Positions 1-11,109 of a DNA stretch of 64,000 bases are shown here, piece by piece. Under the pieces are notes generated by a model. That model did not search any database and was not told where the DNA came from. It saw nothing but the letters and a program-made list of their open reading frames with translations. Numbering within the stretch: the first letter of the stretch is position 1; the number at the start of each line of letters is the position of its first letter. The position numbers were made by a program, and so were the translations under genes. Source of the stretch: an uncultured delta proteobacterium (GTDB lineage Bacteria > Myxococcota_A > Polyangia > Polyangiales > Polyangiaceae); assembly GCA_963841435.1 (NCBI GenBank), contig CAWJCS010000003.1, positions 576,001 through 640,000 on the forward strand, given 5' to 3'.

Positions 1-543
1 CAAGAGCCCGCCCGTGTCGGACCCCGTGTGCTCGCCGTCGCGCGCCGCGAGAAGCGGCACCACCGCGAGTAGAGGGATGGCCGCGATGTCCTGGAACAAC
101 AGGATGCCGAAGGCCGTGCGCCCGACGGGGGCGCCGAGCAGGTTGCGCTCGGTCATCGTTTGCATCGCCACGGCGGTCGAGGACAGCGCGAGGGTGAGAC
201 CGACGACGAGCGCCGCCTGCCAGGACAACCCGAGCGCGAGGGCTCCGGCTCCGAGCGGCACCGCCGCGACCGCGAGCTGCAGGACGCCACCGCCGAACAC
301 CGCGCGCCGCATGGTCCAGAGACGCGAAACGTCGAGCTCGAGCCCGATCACGAAGAGCATGAGCACGACGCCAATCTCGGCAAAATGCATGGTCGCCGTG
401 GCGTCGGCGACGAGCCTCAGCCCGTAGGGGCCGATGAGGCACCCCGCGGCGAGGTAGCCGAGCACCGAGCCCAGGCGGAGGCGGCTCGCGAGTGGCACGC
501 AGACGACCGCCGCCGCGAGATACACGATGGCGTTCGCCAGCAT
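1..543 (-). CDS. kefC: Glutathione-regulated K+ efflux protein KefC/KefB-like (CPA2 antiporter), N-terminal part, runs off the window start
   Basis: Not in the ORF track. Manual translation gives [45 protein letters not shown]...[19 protein letters not shown], the typical KefC N-terminus. AAGGAG RBS precedes ATG 543; gene lies downstream of kefF. Confidence 0.88.
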   Translation of the reverse strand, partial: MLANAIVYLAAAVVCVPLASRLRLGSVLGYLAAGCLIGPYGLRLVADATATMHFAEIGVVLMLFVIGLELDVSRLWTMRRAVFGGGVLQLAVAAVPLGAGALALGLSWQAALVVGLTLALSSTAVAMQTMTERNLLGAPVGRTAFGILLFQDIAAIPLLAVVPLLAARDGEHTGSDTGGLL

Positions 544-634
544 CGAGGGCTCCTTCACGGCATCGTTCCTTCCGCGCCGAGCAGGCGCTGCACCTCGGGC
601 GCGAGAAGCCGTTTCATGCCGCCGGGCGAGCTTT

Positions 635-1177
635 TCACGGCTCGGCCCCTTCCTCGGCGAGCAGCGCTTCGAGCCGTTTTCGATACTCGCGTGCATGCGC
701 GTCGAGCTCCGCCGCTCCGAGGCGGTGCGCTCCACTGACGACGATGGGCGGCTCCCAGCGCATGCCGCAAAAGAGCGCCGTCTGCTCGACGACCGGCGCG
801 TATTCGGCAAACGGCCGCCCATGCATGCCGTTCGGTCCGTACGCGGCATCGTCGCCCCCCGCCGTCGTGACCCAGAGGCAACGTTTGCCCCGAAGCGCGA
901 CGCCACCGTCGCCATAGGCCCAGCCTCGCGCGAGCACCTTGTCGAACCAGTGCTTGAGGAGCCCGGGTACCGTGTACCACTGCACGGGATGCTGCCAGAC
1001 GACGACGCGCGCCGCCGCGAGGGCGGCCTGCTCCGCGTCCACGTCGATGTCGAAGCCGGGGTAGCGATCGTAGAGCGAGCGCAAGTCCAGACCCGGCAGG
1101 TCGCTCACGGCGTCGAGCAGCCGCCGGTTGGCGCGCGAGCGGTCCGGGTAAGGGTGCGCGAAGACGAGGACAATCAA
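635..1177 (-). CDS. kefF: Kef ancillary NAD(P)H oxidoreductase KefF (flavodoxin-like)
   Basis: [44 protein letters not shown] and LKHWFDKV motifs; adjacent to kefC. TTG start at 1177 chosen by family N-terminus. Confidence 0.88.
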   Translation of the reverse strand: MIVLVFAHPYPDRSRANRRLLDAVSDLPGLDLRSLYDRYPGFDIDVDAEQAALAAARVVVWQHPVQWYTVPGLLKHWFDKVLARGWAYGDGGVALRGKRCLWVTTAGGDDAAYGPNGMHGRPFAEYAPVVEQTALFCGMRWEPPIVVSGAHRLGAAELDAHAREYRKRLEALLAEEGAEP

Positions 1178-1236
1178 GCAGCCGTTAATAGCCCCACCCG
1201 GCTCCCGCACATCGGCAGAAATGCTAAGTAACCGGG

Positions 1237-2977
1237 ATGCGTTCGCTTCTGGTCGCTACCTTCGGCTCGCTCTGGCTGCTCGGCGTCGCATGCTCCGCCT
1301 CCTCGGGAGTTCAGGCCGAAAGCGGGAGCATCGAGGCGGGCGGCACGGGCGGTTCGAGCGCCACGAGCGGTGGCAGCGGGACGAGCGGCGGCCGGGGCGG
1401 CGGGGGCGGTACGGTCACGGTGTGCACCGGCTCTGATTGCCCCGACTCGGGCCCTCCCGTCACGGGCGTTTGCGGCGACGGAATCTTGACGGACGACGAA
1501 GCCTGCGACGACGGCAACACCGACGATGGCGACGGTTGCGCCGCGGACTGCCTGTCGGTCGACCCCGGCTACTCGTGCAGCCCGCCGGGGGCCAAGTGCC
1601 ACGTGGTGGCGCTCTGCGGCGACGGCTTCCGATCGTCGAACGAGATGTGCGACGACGGCAACGCCGACGACGGCGACGGCTGCTCGCACCGCTGCCAGCT
1701 CGAGACGGGCTACAAGTGCGAGGGCAGCCCGAGCAGCTGTTCGAGAACCATCTGCGGCGACGGAATTCGCGAAGGGGCCGAAAGCTGCGACGACGGCAAC
1801 GACATCCCGCTCGACGGCTGCTCGGCCACCTGCCAATCCGAGCCCGACTGCAGTGGGGGCCCGTGCACGTCGTACTGCGGCGACGGCCTCATCATCGACG
1901 AGGAGTGCGACGACGGCAACACGCTCGACGGCGACGGCTGCTCGTCTGACTGCAAGCGCGAGCCCGGTTTCGAATGCGTCCAGCGCCCCGCGTGCGAGCC
2001 CGTGGGCGACGGCTGCGGGCTGCGTGTTCCCACGGTGTTCCGCGACTTCACGCAGTCGCACGACGACTTTCACTGCGGCGGCGCGACCGATCCGCCGACG
2101 CTCGATCCGGTGCTCGACGCCGAAGGCAAGCCCGTGCTCGTCCAGGGCAACCCCGGGTGCGTCGCGTCGCCCGAAAGCTTCGCCGAATGGTACCGCGACG
2201 GCGACGACGACCGCACCATCCCGAGCAGCCTCTTGCTCTTCGACAACGGCATGGGCGGCTACGTCAATCGCTTCGGACCGAACGGCGAGCGCTGGGTCGA
2301 TTTCGAACGGCATGGAGCTCGACGGGAATCCGGCGTTTTTGCCGATCGACGACGCACCCAACGCGTTCATGGACACGGTGAGCGTCGCCACGATTCCGCC
2401 CGAATACACCGGCGACAACAACTGGCACCCCGAAAGCGACTTCGTGCCGGGCGCCGGGACGCACAATTTCTTGTTCACGACCGAGGTCGAGTACTGGTTC
2501 CGCTTCGACCCGGGCTTCGACGCCACGCTGGACTTCTTGGGCGACGACGACTTTTGGGTGTTCGTGAACGGCAAGCTCGCGCTCGACCTCGGCGGCCTCC
2601 ACACGCCCGAGAGCGGCAGCGTCGCGGTGAGCGACGCGACGGCGGCGACCTACGGGCTCGAAAGCGGCCGCGTTTACGCCATCAAGGTGTTCCACGCCGA
2701 GCGCAACCCCACGGGTTCCTCGTTCAAGCTCACGCTCTCCGGTTTCCAGAACACTCCGAGCGAGTGCGACCCGATCTGCGGCGACGGCATCGTGAGCCTC
2801 GGCGAGCAGTGCGACGACGGCACGAACGACGGTGGCTACGGTGAGTGCGAGCCCGGCTGCAAGGTTGGCCCACGCTGCGGCGACGGTATCGTCCAGGAGG
2901 ACGAAGACTGCGACGACGGCAACCGCCTCGACGGTGACGGCTGCGGCAGCGCGTGTCGCGACATCGTCGTGAAGTGA
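1237..2977 (+). CDS. Myxococcus Cys-rich repeat (DUF4215) + fibro-slime/PA14-like lipoprotein, frameshifted near 2301
   Basis: Lipobox LLGVAC, Gly-rich linker and CGDG...E.CDDGN..DGDGC repeats in ORF 1237..2844. Fibro-slime motifs HNFLFTTEV, FLGDDDFWVFVNGKLALDLGGLH and FHAER lie in ORF 1526..2977. Removing one T from TTT at 2301-2303 fuses the two. Confidence 0.85.
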
Positions 2978-3001
2978 ACGACCGCCCGCGCGGCGGCCGG
3001 G

Positions 3002-5137
3002 CTACTTGCGGGCGGCCGCTTCCTTGGCGATCCTCTCGCGATACGCCTTGATCATCTCTTCCTGTTCTTGCTTGGGGACGGGGGCGTAACGCGCGAATTC
3101 CATCGTGAAGTTGCCCTTGCCCTGGGTCGCGGAGCGCAGATCGGTCGAATAGCCGAACATCGTGTTGAGCGGCACTTCGGCGACGATGGTCACGTTTTCA
3201 TCGCTCTGCGTTTCGAGGATCACGCCGCGGCGCTGGTTCACCTGGCCGACGACCGAGCCCTGGAACTCGACGGGCGCCTCGACCTCCACCTTCATGATGG
3301 GCTCGAGGATGGTCGGCTTCGCGTTGGCGTACGCTTCGCGGAAACCCATGAGCGCCGCGGTCTTGAAGGCCTGCTCGGACGAGTCCACGGCATGGTGCAG
3401 ACCGTCGTTGATGGTGGCGCGCACGCCCACGACGGGGAACCCGATCAGGCTGCCCTTCTTGATGCCCTCTTTGAACCCCTTGTCGCAGGCGGGGATGAAC
3501 TCCTTGGGGATGGAACCGCCCACGATCTCGTCGACGAACTCGTAGGCTTCCACGGCATCCGGCGGGAGCGGCTCGATGAAGCCGTTCACGCGCGCAAACT
3601 GCCCCGAGCCGCCCGTCTGCTTCTTGTGCGTGTAGGCGATCTCGCTTCGTTGCGTGATCGTCTCGCGGTAGGCGACCTGGGGCTTGCCGGCGATAACGTC
3701 GCAGTTGTACTCGCGGCGCATGCGCTCCATGTAGATGTCGAGGTGGAGCTCGCCCATGCCGCTGATGATGGTCTGCTGGCTCTCCTCGTCCTGGTGGACG
3801 CGAAAGGTCGGGTCTTCCTTGGTGAAGCGGTTCAGCGCCTTGGAGAAGTTCGTCTCGGCGGCGCGATCCTTGGGCGCAACGGCGAGTGAGATGACCGCCG
3901 CCGGCACGTGCATCGACGTGAGCGTGACGTTCACCTTGCCGTCGGTGAAGGTTTCGCCGGAGCTCGCCTCGACGCCGTAGAAGGCCACGATGTCACCGGA
4001 CTCCGCCGTCTGAACCTCTTCCCGGTCGTCGGAGTGCATGCGGAACATGCGGGGGACGCGCACCTTTCGCATCTCGTTCGAGGTGTTGTAGATGGTGTCG
4101 CCGCTCGTCACTTGCCCCTGGTAGATGCGGAAGTAGGTGAGCTGCCCGTATTTGTCCTGCTGCAGCTTGAAGGCGAGCCCGATGAACGGCTTGCTCGAGT
4201 CCGACTCGATGACGATCTTCTCTTCGTTCTTGGTCTGGTCGTGACCCTCGTTCACGACCTCGGTCGGGTTCGGCAGGTAGTAGATGACGCCGTCGAGCAA
4301 GAGCTGAACGCCCTTGTTGCGAAAGGCAGAGCCGCACATGACCGGCGTCATTTTCAGTGCCAGCGTGGCGCGGCGAATGGCCGCACGGAGCTCGTCGTCG
4401 GAGACGACCTCCTCGTTCAAGAACTTCTCGGCAAGCGCGTCGTCGACCTCCGCCACTTCCTGGTAGATGTGCTGCCGCGCCTCCTTGGTTTTCTCGGCAA
4501 ATTCGGCGGGCACCGCTTCCTCGCGGATGATCTCACCGTCTTCGCCGTCGAAGTAGAAGGCCTTGCCGATGATGGGGTCGATGATCCCCTCGAATTTGTC
4601 CTCGGCGCCGATCGGCACCTGCAGCCGGACGGGGTGATGGCCGAGCTTCTCCTTCAGCATGTCGGCCACGCGCTCGTAGTTGGCCCCCGGGTTGTCCATC
4701 TTGTTGACGAACGCGATGCGAGGGACGCGGTAGCGCTTCATCTGCCGGTCGACCGTGATCGACTGGCTCTGGACGCCCTTGCCGGAGTCGAGCACGAGGA
4801 TCGCGCCGTCGAGCACGCGCAGCGCGCGCTCGACCTCGATGGTGAAGTCGACGTGCCCGGGCGTGTCGATGATGTTGACGTTGTAGTCCGGCGTGTCTCC
4901 CTTGGAGCCCTTCCACACGCAGTACGTGGCCGCCGACTGGATGGTGATGCCCTTTTCGCGCTCGAGATCCATCGAGTCCATCTTGGCGCCGACGCCGTCC
5001 TTGCCGCGCACCTCGTGGATGGCGTGGATGCGTCCGGTGTAAAAGAGGATGCGCTCGGTGAGCGTCGTCTTACCCGAGTCGATGTGGGCGGAGATGCCGA
5101 TGTTGCGAATGCGTTCGAGAGGGATGCGCGTAGCCAC
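3002..5137 (-). CDS. fusA: Elongation factor G (orphan copy, mtEFG1/spdEFG1-like)
   Basis: [65 protein letters not shown] and LRSATQGKG motifs; GTG start at 5137. Confidence 0.96.
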   Translation of the reverse strand: MATRIPLERIRNIGISAHIDSGKTTLTERILFYTGRIHAIHEVRGKDGVGAKMDSMDLEREKGITIQSAATYCVWKGSKGDTPDYNVNIIDTPGHVDFTIEVERALRVLDGAILVLDSGKGVQSQSITVDRQMKRYRVPRIAFVNKMDNPGANYERVADMLKEKLGHHPVRLQVPIGAEDKFEGIIDPIIGKAFYFDGEDGEIIREEAVPAEFAEKTKEARQHIYQEVAEVDDALAEKFLNEEVVSDDELRAAIRRATLALKMTPVMCGSAFRNKGVQLLLDGVIYYLPNPTEVVNEGHDQTKNEEKIVIESDSSKPFIGLAFKLQQDKYGQLTYFRIYQGQVTSGDTIYNTSNEMRKVRVPRMFRMHSDDREEVQTAESGDIVAFYGVEASSGETFTDGKVNVTLTSMHVPAAVISLAVAPKDRAAETNFSKALNRFTKEDPTFRVHQDEESQQTIISGMGELHLDIYMERMRREYNCDVIAGKPQVAYRETITQRSEIAYTHKKQTGGSGQFARVNGFIEPLPPDAVEAYEFVDEIVGGSIPKEFIPACDKGFKEGIKKGSLIGFPVVGVRATINDGLHHAVDSSEQAFKTAALMGFREAYANAKPTILEPIMKVEVEAPVEFQGSVVGQVNQRRGVILETQSDENVTIVAEVPLNTMFGYSTDLRSATQGKGNFTMEFARYAPVPKQEQEEMIKAYRERIAKEAAARK

Positions 5138-5376
5138 GTGATTTGGTCTTTCGCTGGTTTTGGTAGGCGGCGACGTAGCAAACCTCCGCAAAAAGGGAAG
5201 GCTCTCGTGGGTGTCGCAGCGTTTTTAGCCAGGAAGCGACCCCTTGCGGGCGGGGGGATCAACCCTCACGCGGGGGGACGCCGGGTGCCTTCGGGAAGCC
5301 GTCCGGGGAGCGTCCGCCAAGGACGCCGGCCCCTCGAGCGCCGCCGGGCGGGCTCCCGGCGACTCGCTTGGCGCGA

Positions 5377-6102
5377 CTAGGGCTCGCCGCGTTCACCGAC
5401 TAGCGAGCGCACGCGGCGGGCGTAGGGGCCGTCGGCGTGCTTGTCGAGGAACCGCCGGCCGAGCCGCTCGGCCGACGCACGCTCGCCGGCCGCCGAGAGC
5501 GTCTCGATGCGCAACACCATGGCCTCCGTGTCGAGGCGGCGATGGGTGAAGCGGCGCCGATAGGCGTCCAGCAGATCGAGCGCCTCGGCATAGTTGCCTC
5601 GCGCGAACGCCTCGCGCGCCTGCTCGACGGCGTCGAGCTCCAGCGACAACGCATCGGGCGCACGCACGCCGCTCTTCGCAGCTGGCGTCGCGGTCGGGGG
5701 CTCCTCTGCCAGGGCGGCGATGCCTCGTGGAGCAGGAGACTCGGGCGCGCGCGCTCTGTCTCGGGCTCGCTCCTCGGGAGCAGAACGAAGCGTGGTCGCT
5801 TCCTTCGGCGCGCTCGGCGCGGGGGTCGCTGCCACGCTACTGCCAACCCAAAGCGCTGCGGCACCCACGAAGACCGCGCCGCCCGCGATGGCGGTCGCGT
5901 AGCTTGCCTGGGCAGCGGCCGCCTTGGCGGCAGCAGCGAGCGCCGCGAGCGACCAGATGCCGCCCATGCCGAGCCTCGAAAGGATGTGGTGACGGCTGCG
6001 CAGGGAGACGGCGTCGCGACGCGCCGAGCGCAGCAGCCGCCGCTCGAACGCGCTATCAGCGGTTCGTGCGAGCCGATCGGTCTCGCTTGCGTCGTCGCCC
6101 AC
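5377..6102 (-). CDS. Hypothetical single-TM protein with Pro/Ala linker and C-terminal TPR-like domain (anti-sigma-like)
   Basis: ERRLLRSARRD N-region, hydrophobic segment, PA-rich linker, and C-terminal LSLELDAVEQAREA...RFLDKHADGPYARRV resembling the tail of the FecR protein at 8767. Start uncertain. Confidence 0.6.
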   Translation of the reverse strand: MGDDASETDRLARTADSAFERRLLRSARRDAVSLRSRHHILSRLGMGGIWSLAALAAAAKAAAAQASYATAIAGGAVFVGAAALWVGSSVAATPAPSAPKEATTLRSAPEERARDRARAPESPAPRGIAALAEEPPTATPAAKSGVRAPDALSLELDAVEQAREAFARGNYAEALDLLDAYRRRFTHRRLDTEAMVLRIETLSAAGERASAERLGRRFLDKHADGPYARRVRSLVGERGEP

Positions 6103-6305
6103 GGAGCCTTGCCTCAGTGGGGAATGCCCGCTTCCGGGTCGTCCGTATCTCGACGACGAGTAAATGCGGGAGAAAGACGCGTGTCGCGTACGACTGGATT
6201 TCGCAGGGCCAAGCTGGCGACAAAAGCCGCTGGCTCTCACTTCCGCGTACCCGACCCCACATCCGGCCCGTCGTCGCTGGGGCGAGGGCACCCAAAGCGG
6301 AAAGC

Positions 6306-7957
6306 TCAGCCTGGTGGAGCCCACCCGCCGAGCACCGTGGCCTTGTCGCGCATCATCTGCGCCTGCGAGGAGCTGATCTGAGTCGAGCCCGCCGCCCGGC
6401 CGCTCGTGTTGATCGCGGCGCCCCCCGGCGCGTGGCTCTGATATTCCCAGAAGCGCAGGGCGGAAGTGGGGGTGCCGCCGGTGACGGTCCAGCCGGCGGC
6501 GGAGATGTGGCTGCCGAGCTCGCAGTTGATGTAGGCGACGTGGCTGCTCGGGTACGCGCTCACGTCGATACGCGCGAGAACGTTGCCGGTGATACCGGCG
6601 TCGCTCGTGATGCGCGAGTCCACGAAGACGTAGCCATAGCCACTACTCGTGTTGCGCGCTTGCACGTTGTACCCCGAGCGGCCCACGGTGCGGATCTCGC
6701 ACGTGTCGAAGTACGCCGCCCCCGTGCCCCAGACGAAGTTAACGTTGCCCGCGATCAAGCAGTTCTTCGCGTACACGGTCCCACTCCAGAGGAGCGTATC
6801 CTGAAGGCTCAGGATGTCGGCATCTCGCACGATGCAGTGAGTGCAGCTCTGCAGGCGCAGTGCCTCCGCCTGTGAGCCGCCCTGCGGCGTCAGATTTTCG
6901 ATCGTGAGATTTTCGATGACGAGCCCCGTGAGGCTGTCGCCGCCGAACAGCGCCCGCCCGCGCGTGCTCGGGTTGAGGTTGTTGTTGTTGGTCGCGGCGA
7001 TGATCGTGCCGGAACGACTTTCGCCGTGGAGCGTGACGTTGTTCTTGCCGCTCACGTAGATGACCTCGTGGTACGTGCCCGCGGCGACGTTGATCGTCGT
7101 GGGCGGCGCTGTTGCCGTTCGGCAGGGCGTCGAACGCGCCCTGAACGGAGCAGAACTGACCGCCCCCGTGCGAATCGACGCCGAGCGCCGACAGAGAGCT
7201 CGGCGCCGCGGACCTCGTGGTGAAACGCCAGGTGGTGCTGTCGGCGATGCCGAAGCTCCCCCCGCCGGGTGGGACGATCGCGCCACTCGCGATGTTCACG
7301 TAATAGCTCTGGCCGTAGGAAAGCGCGCCGTGCGGGAGGTAGATGACGGCCTCGTTGCCATCCACGTACGCCGCGCGCGGCAGGGAAAACGATTGCCCGC
7401 CGATCGTCTGCGTGACGGTCATCGTCGCCATGTTCACGGTGGCGGCGACGGCGCCACCCGTGCGAAACACCTGGAGGGTGCCGCTCGAGCCGAGCGTGGG
7501 CGGCGAGGGGAAGGTGATGCGGAGCGCAGGATCGGGACAGACGCTGGTCGCATCGGGACCCGGAAAGAGCGCGCTGACGCCCGTCGGGAGACCGGCCGCT
7601 CATGCCAGCCGAACCGCTCGCGCCAGCGGCCCCAGCGCCACCGCTGCCCCCGCCAGCCCCCGCGCTTCCACTCCTTCCCCCGACTCCTGCGCCTCCCGGA
7701 CCCGTACCTGCGCCGGCAACACCCCCGGACGCCGTCGCGCCACCGGCGCCAGGGGCGCCCGCCGCACCAGCGCCGCCCGCTCCTCGGGCGCCCCCTCCCG
7801 CCGTGCCGCCCCCAGTCGTGCCGGCCGCGCTCGCGCCGGCCCCCGGAGCCGAGCCCCCCCCGCCGCCAGCGTCGTCCGGCGCGGCAGCCGTACAGCCGAA
7901 ACCCACAGCCAAGGAGAGGAGCAGGAAGAACGCGCTGGATCGTGCGGATCGAATCAT
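6306..7957 (-). CDS. Pectinesterase (CE8)-family lipoprotein with Ig-like domain; two frameshifts near 7596 and 7102
   Basis: Lipobox AVGFGC and Gly-rich linker (ORF 7052..7957), Ig-like middle (ORF 6739..7470), CE8 motifs GTYHE, QAEAL, QDTL and GNVNFVWG (ORF 6306..7286). Removing one C at each junction gives one ORF. Confidence 0.8.
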
Positions 7958-8119
7958 GATGCCAGCCTCGAAAACACCCGATTGGTTGCACGCCTACATC
8001 GGCCCCGGTCATCAAGGCGCTCCTAGCCGCTAGGCTCGGTCGATTTCCTGGCTGGCGGAGGCCCCGACCGGCAACTTTCCTGGAAGACACCTCGAGCTCC
8101 GCTCGCATCCATACCGACC

Positions 8120-8770
8120 ATGGCCAACGTTCCGAGCCCCCTGCCGCGACCCGGCGCCTCCGAGCGCTCGGTGACCCGCTTTCCGCTCGGGCGCCTGGGT
8201 GACGCGGAGCTCGTCGAGGCGGCCGCGCGTGGAGACCGCGAAGCCGTGGGCGTCGTGTGGGAGCGCTACGCGCCGCTCGTGAGGGGCGTGGTGCGCGGCG
8301 CGCTCGGACCCGATTCTTCGCTCGAAGACCTCGTGCAGGAGGTGTTCGTCGCGTTCCTCAAGGGCGCGCGCAACGTGAAGGAGGGCGCCGCCCTGCGCGG
8401 TTATTTGATGGGGGTCGCCGTGCGGCTCGCCGCGCTCGAGCTCCGGCGCCGCAAGGTGCGGCGCTGGGTCACGCTCACGCCGACCGGCGTGTTGCCCGAG
8501 CCGCCTTCGGCTCCGCTCGACCCCGAAGCCCGCGCCGCGCTGCGCGCGCTATACCGTGTGCTCGATGGCTTCTCGTCGCGCCGCCGGCTCGCCTTCGTTC
8601 TGAGGCACGTGCAGGCCCTCGAGGTCGTGGAAGTCACCCGACTGCTCGGCATCTCCGAGTCCACGCTGCGCCGCGAGCTCACGCGCGCTCGCGCCCAAAT
8701 CGTGCGCGCGAGCGACCGCGAGCCGGAGCTCCGTCGCTACCTCGCGCGTTGGGCGGAGGCATCGCCATGA
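8120..8770 (+). CDS. ECF RNA polymerase sigma factor
   Basis: DAELVEAAARGDREA, EDLVQEVFVAF (region 2) and RRLAFVLRHVQALEVVEVTRLLGISESTLRREL (region 4). Confidence 0.9.
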   Translation: MANVPSPLPRPGASERSVTRFPLGRLGDAELVEAAARGDREAVGVVWERYAPLVRGVVRGALGPDSSLEDLVQEVFVAFLKGARNVKEGAALRGYLMGVAVRLAALELRRRKVRRWVTLTPTGVLPEPPSAPLDPEARAALRALYRVLDGFSSRRRLAFVLRHVQALEVVEVTRLLGISESTLRRELTRARAQIVRASDREPELRRYLARWAEASP

Positions 8771-10068
8771 CGCGCGACGTCGGCCACGAAGCGACGCTCG
8801 AGCAGCTCGCCACGCTGATGCGCGAGGCGGCCCGAGCGCCGGTGGACCCCGGCCTGGACCGGTCGGGTGCGGCCGTCGTCGCATCACGCCTCGAGGGCGC
8901 GAAGCCACGCGTTGCAACGCGAACGCGCGTCGTCTTGCTCGCAGCGGGGTTCGCCGCGCTTTCGGCGGCCGTCGCGCTCGTCGAGCTCCGTCCGAGGCCG
9001 CTCGCGTACGAGGTGCACGGCGGGTCGAGCAGCGGCTCGTACGTGAGCGTTCCGACGCCGGGGGCCGCGGAGCTTTCGTTCACCGATGGCAGTCGGCTGT
9101 CCTTGACCGCGGGCTCGCGCCTGCGTGTCGAGGAAGAGCAGGAAACGGGCGCGCGCATCCTGCTCGAGCGCGGCCGTGCCAACGTGAGCATCGTTCATCG
9201 GCCGGACTCGAGCTGGACGTTCGCGGCGGGGCCCTTCGACGTGCGCGTCACCGGAACGCGCTTCGAGCTCGAGTGGGATCCGGCAAGCGAAAAGCTCACG
9301 CTCGCGCTCCTGGCGGGCGCCGTCGAGGTGCGAGCGCCGTTTTCCGGTGCGCCGATCCCGGTACGCGCCGGGCAGCGCTTCCACGCCGACATGGCGACGC
9401 GCAGCATGACCGTCATCGACGGCACCCCGACCGCCGAGCAAGGCGCAGCGCCGGGCGCCGCGAGCACCGCGGCGCCTGGGACGAGCAGCGCGGACGATCA
9501 CGAGCCAGCCACGCTCGCGCCCGGCGCAACCGCGGCATCGTCGGCGACGACGGCCAGAAGGGCGGCGCCAGTGCCCGCTGCGTCCACGGAGTCGACCGCC
9601 GCGCACGAGCCCTGGGCGAAGCTGGTCGCCGACGGCAAGTTCGAGACGGTCGTACGCCTGGCGGTCGAGCGCGGGCCGGCGAGCTGCATCTCGAGCTGTA
9701 CGGCGACGGATCTGCGTGCGCTCGCGGACGCCGCCCGCTACTCCGGTCACCGCGAGCTCGCCATGGAGGCGCTGCTCGCGCTGCGCCAGCGCTTCGCGGG
9801 AAGCGTCGAGGAGCGTCCGGCCGCGTTCTTGCTGGGCCGCATCGAGGAAGGCCGCGGTGCCCTCGCCCGCGCCGAGACCTGGTACGAGACCTACCTCAGG
9901 GAACGGCCACGGGGTGAGCTCGCAGCCGAGGCCCTGGCGGGGCGAATGCGGGCGCTCGGAGGGACGAGCGGAAGCAGCGCTGCACGAACGGTTGCACGGG
10001 AGTACCTTTCCCGATACCCGGACGGGGTGCATGCCAAGGCGGCCCGCGCGATTCTCGAAGCGCCCTGA
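8767..10068 (+). CDS. FecR-domain anti-sigma factor with C-terminal TPR-like domain
   Basis: ATGA overlap with the sigma gene; TM helix; FTDGSRLSL, LERGRA and AGPFDVRVTGTRFEL FecR motifs; helical TPR-like C-terminus. Confidence 0.85.
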   Translation: MTRDVGHEATLEQLATLMREAARAPVDPGLDRSGAAVVASRLEGAKPRVATRTRVVLLAAGFAALSAAVALVELRPRPLAYEVHGGSSSGSYVSVPTPGAAELSFTDGSRLSLTAGSRLRVEEEQETGARILLERGRANVSIVHRPDSSWTFAAGPFDVRVTGTRFELEWDPASEKLTLALLAGAVEVRAPFSGAPIPVRAGQRFHADMATRSMTVIDGTPTAEQGAAPGAASTAAPGTSSADDHEPATLAPGATAASSATTARRAAPVPAASTESTAAHEPWAKLVADGKFETVVRLAVERGPASCISSCTATDLRALADAARYSGHRELAMEALLALRQRFAGSVEERPAAFLLGRIEEGRGALARAETWYETYLRERPRGELAAEALAGRMRALGGTSGSSAARTVAREYLSRYPDGVHAKAARAILEAP

Positions 10069-10123
10069 GCGCATCCGAAGCTTCGGACCTCGCGTTCTCG
10101 GGCTGCTTCTGACGCTCGTCACG

Positions 10124-11098
10124 TTGCTCGTCGCGGGCAACGCGTGGGCTCAGCGAGTGCTGCTCGTGCGACCCAAGGCTCCCGACAGCCTGCTGCGCGA
10201 GGCGTTCAACCGCCTGCGCGCGGAGCTCTTGTTGCAAGATTTCGATGTCGTCGTGAAGGACGCGGGAGAAGACACCGGCTCGCCGCAGACGATCGCGCTC
10301 GCAGCCGAGCGAGCGGGCGCCTTCGCCGGCATCTCGCTCACGCTCGAAGCCGGAACGCGTTCGGCCAACGTGTGGCTCGCCGATCGCGTGACCGGGAAGA
10401 CGACGATGCGGTCCTTCGCGCTCTCGCGAACGGAGGACGCCCCCTCGGTGCTGGCCGTGCGCGCCGTCGATCTACTGCGCTCGAGCCTCAGGGAGTTCGG
10501 GCCGGACGGCGCGCCACCCGCCGATGTCACGGGCGTCGATCGCCAGCCCGTGCCGGTCGAGGTGCGGGCCTTCTCGGCGCCGGCGCCGGCGGCTTTCGGA
10601 CTTTCGATCGGGGCGGCCGCGCTTGCCGAGGTCTCCGACCTCGGCGCCGCCTACGGTCCCACGGCCGCGTTCGAGCATCGCGTCACACCGCGGGTCGGGC
10701 TCGCGCTCGTGATCGCGGGCCCGCTGCTCGGCGCGTCGTTCGGAGCTCGCGGCGGGCAGGCGTTCCTGCGGCAGGAGCTCGCGGCCGTCGAAGGCCGGCT
10801 CACGGCTTGGCACGTTCCACCGCTCGATCTCGGCTTCACGCTCGGGCTCGGAGTCTACCATCTGAACGCTCGTTCCGAGGTCGATCCGCCGCTCGTTGCG
10901 CAGAGCGACCAGGTCACGAGCGCGCTCGGCAGCGCGGGTCTCGAGCTCGAGGCCCGCGTCACCGACAGCGTGGGGGCCACGGCGTCCGCTTCGGCCATCG
11001 GGCTCCTACCCCGCCCGGGCGTCGCCGTGGAAGACGACCGATTGCTCTTCAAGCTGCCGCTCGTCAGGGCGACCCTCGCCCTTCTCGTGGATTTCTGA
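10124..11098 (+). CDS. Hypothetical exported protein, probable outer-membrane beta-rich protein
   Basis: Signal-like ...VAGNAWA-Q, amphipathic beta-strand C-terminal half ending in Phe (LALLVDF); lies within the ECF-FecR operon. Start codon uncertain. Confidence 0.6.
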   Translation: MLVAGNAWAQRVLLVRPKAPDSLLREAFNRLRAELLLQDFDVVVKDAGEDTGSPQTIALAAERAGAFAGISLTLEAGTRSANVWLADRVTGKTTMRSFALSRTEDAPSVLAVRAVDLLRSSLREFGPDGAPPADVTGVDRQPVPVEVRAFSAPAPAAFGLSIGAAALAEVSDLGAAYGPTAAFEHRVTPRVGLALVIAGPLLGASFGARGGQAFLRQELAAVEGRLTAWHVPPLDLGFTLGLGVYHLNARSEVDPPLVAQSDQVTSALGSAGLELEARVTDSVGATASASAIGLLPRPGVAVEDDRLLFKLPLVRATLALLVDF

Positions 11099-11109
11099 GA
11101 TCGGACGCG

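Noticed and set aside
555-619. Short [23 protein letters not shown] between kefF and kefC
   Set aside because: Only 20 codons with no RBS or motif support; it cannot be distinguished from chance.
2290-2310. Programmed frameshift or phase variation at split genes
   Set aside because: No slippery heptamer or long homopolymer; the same +1 pattern in unrelated genes fits sequencing error.
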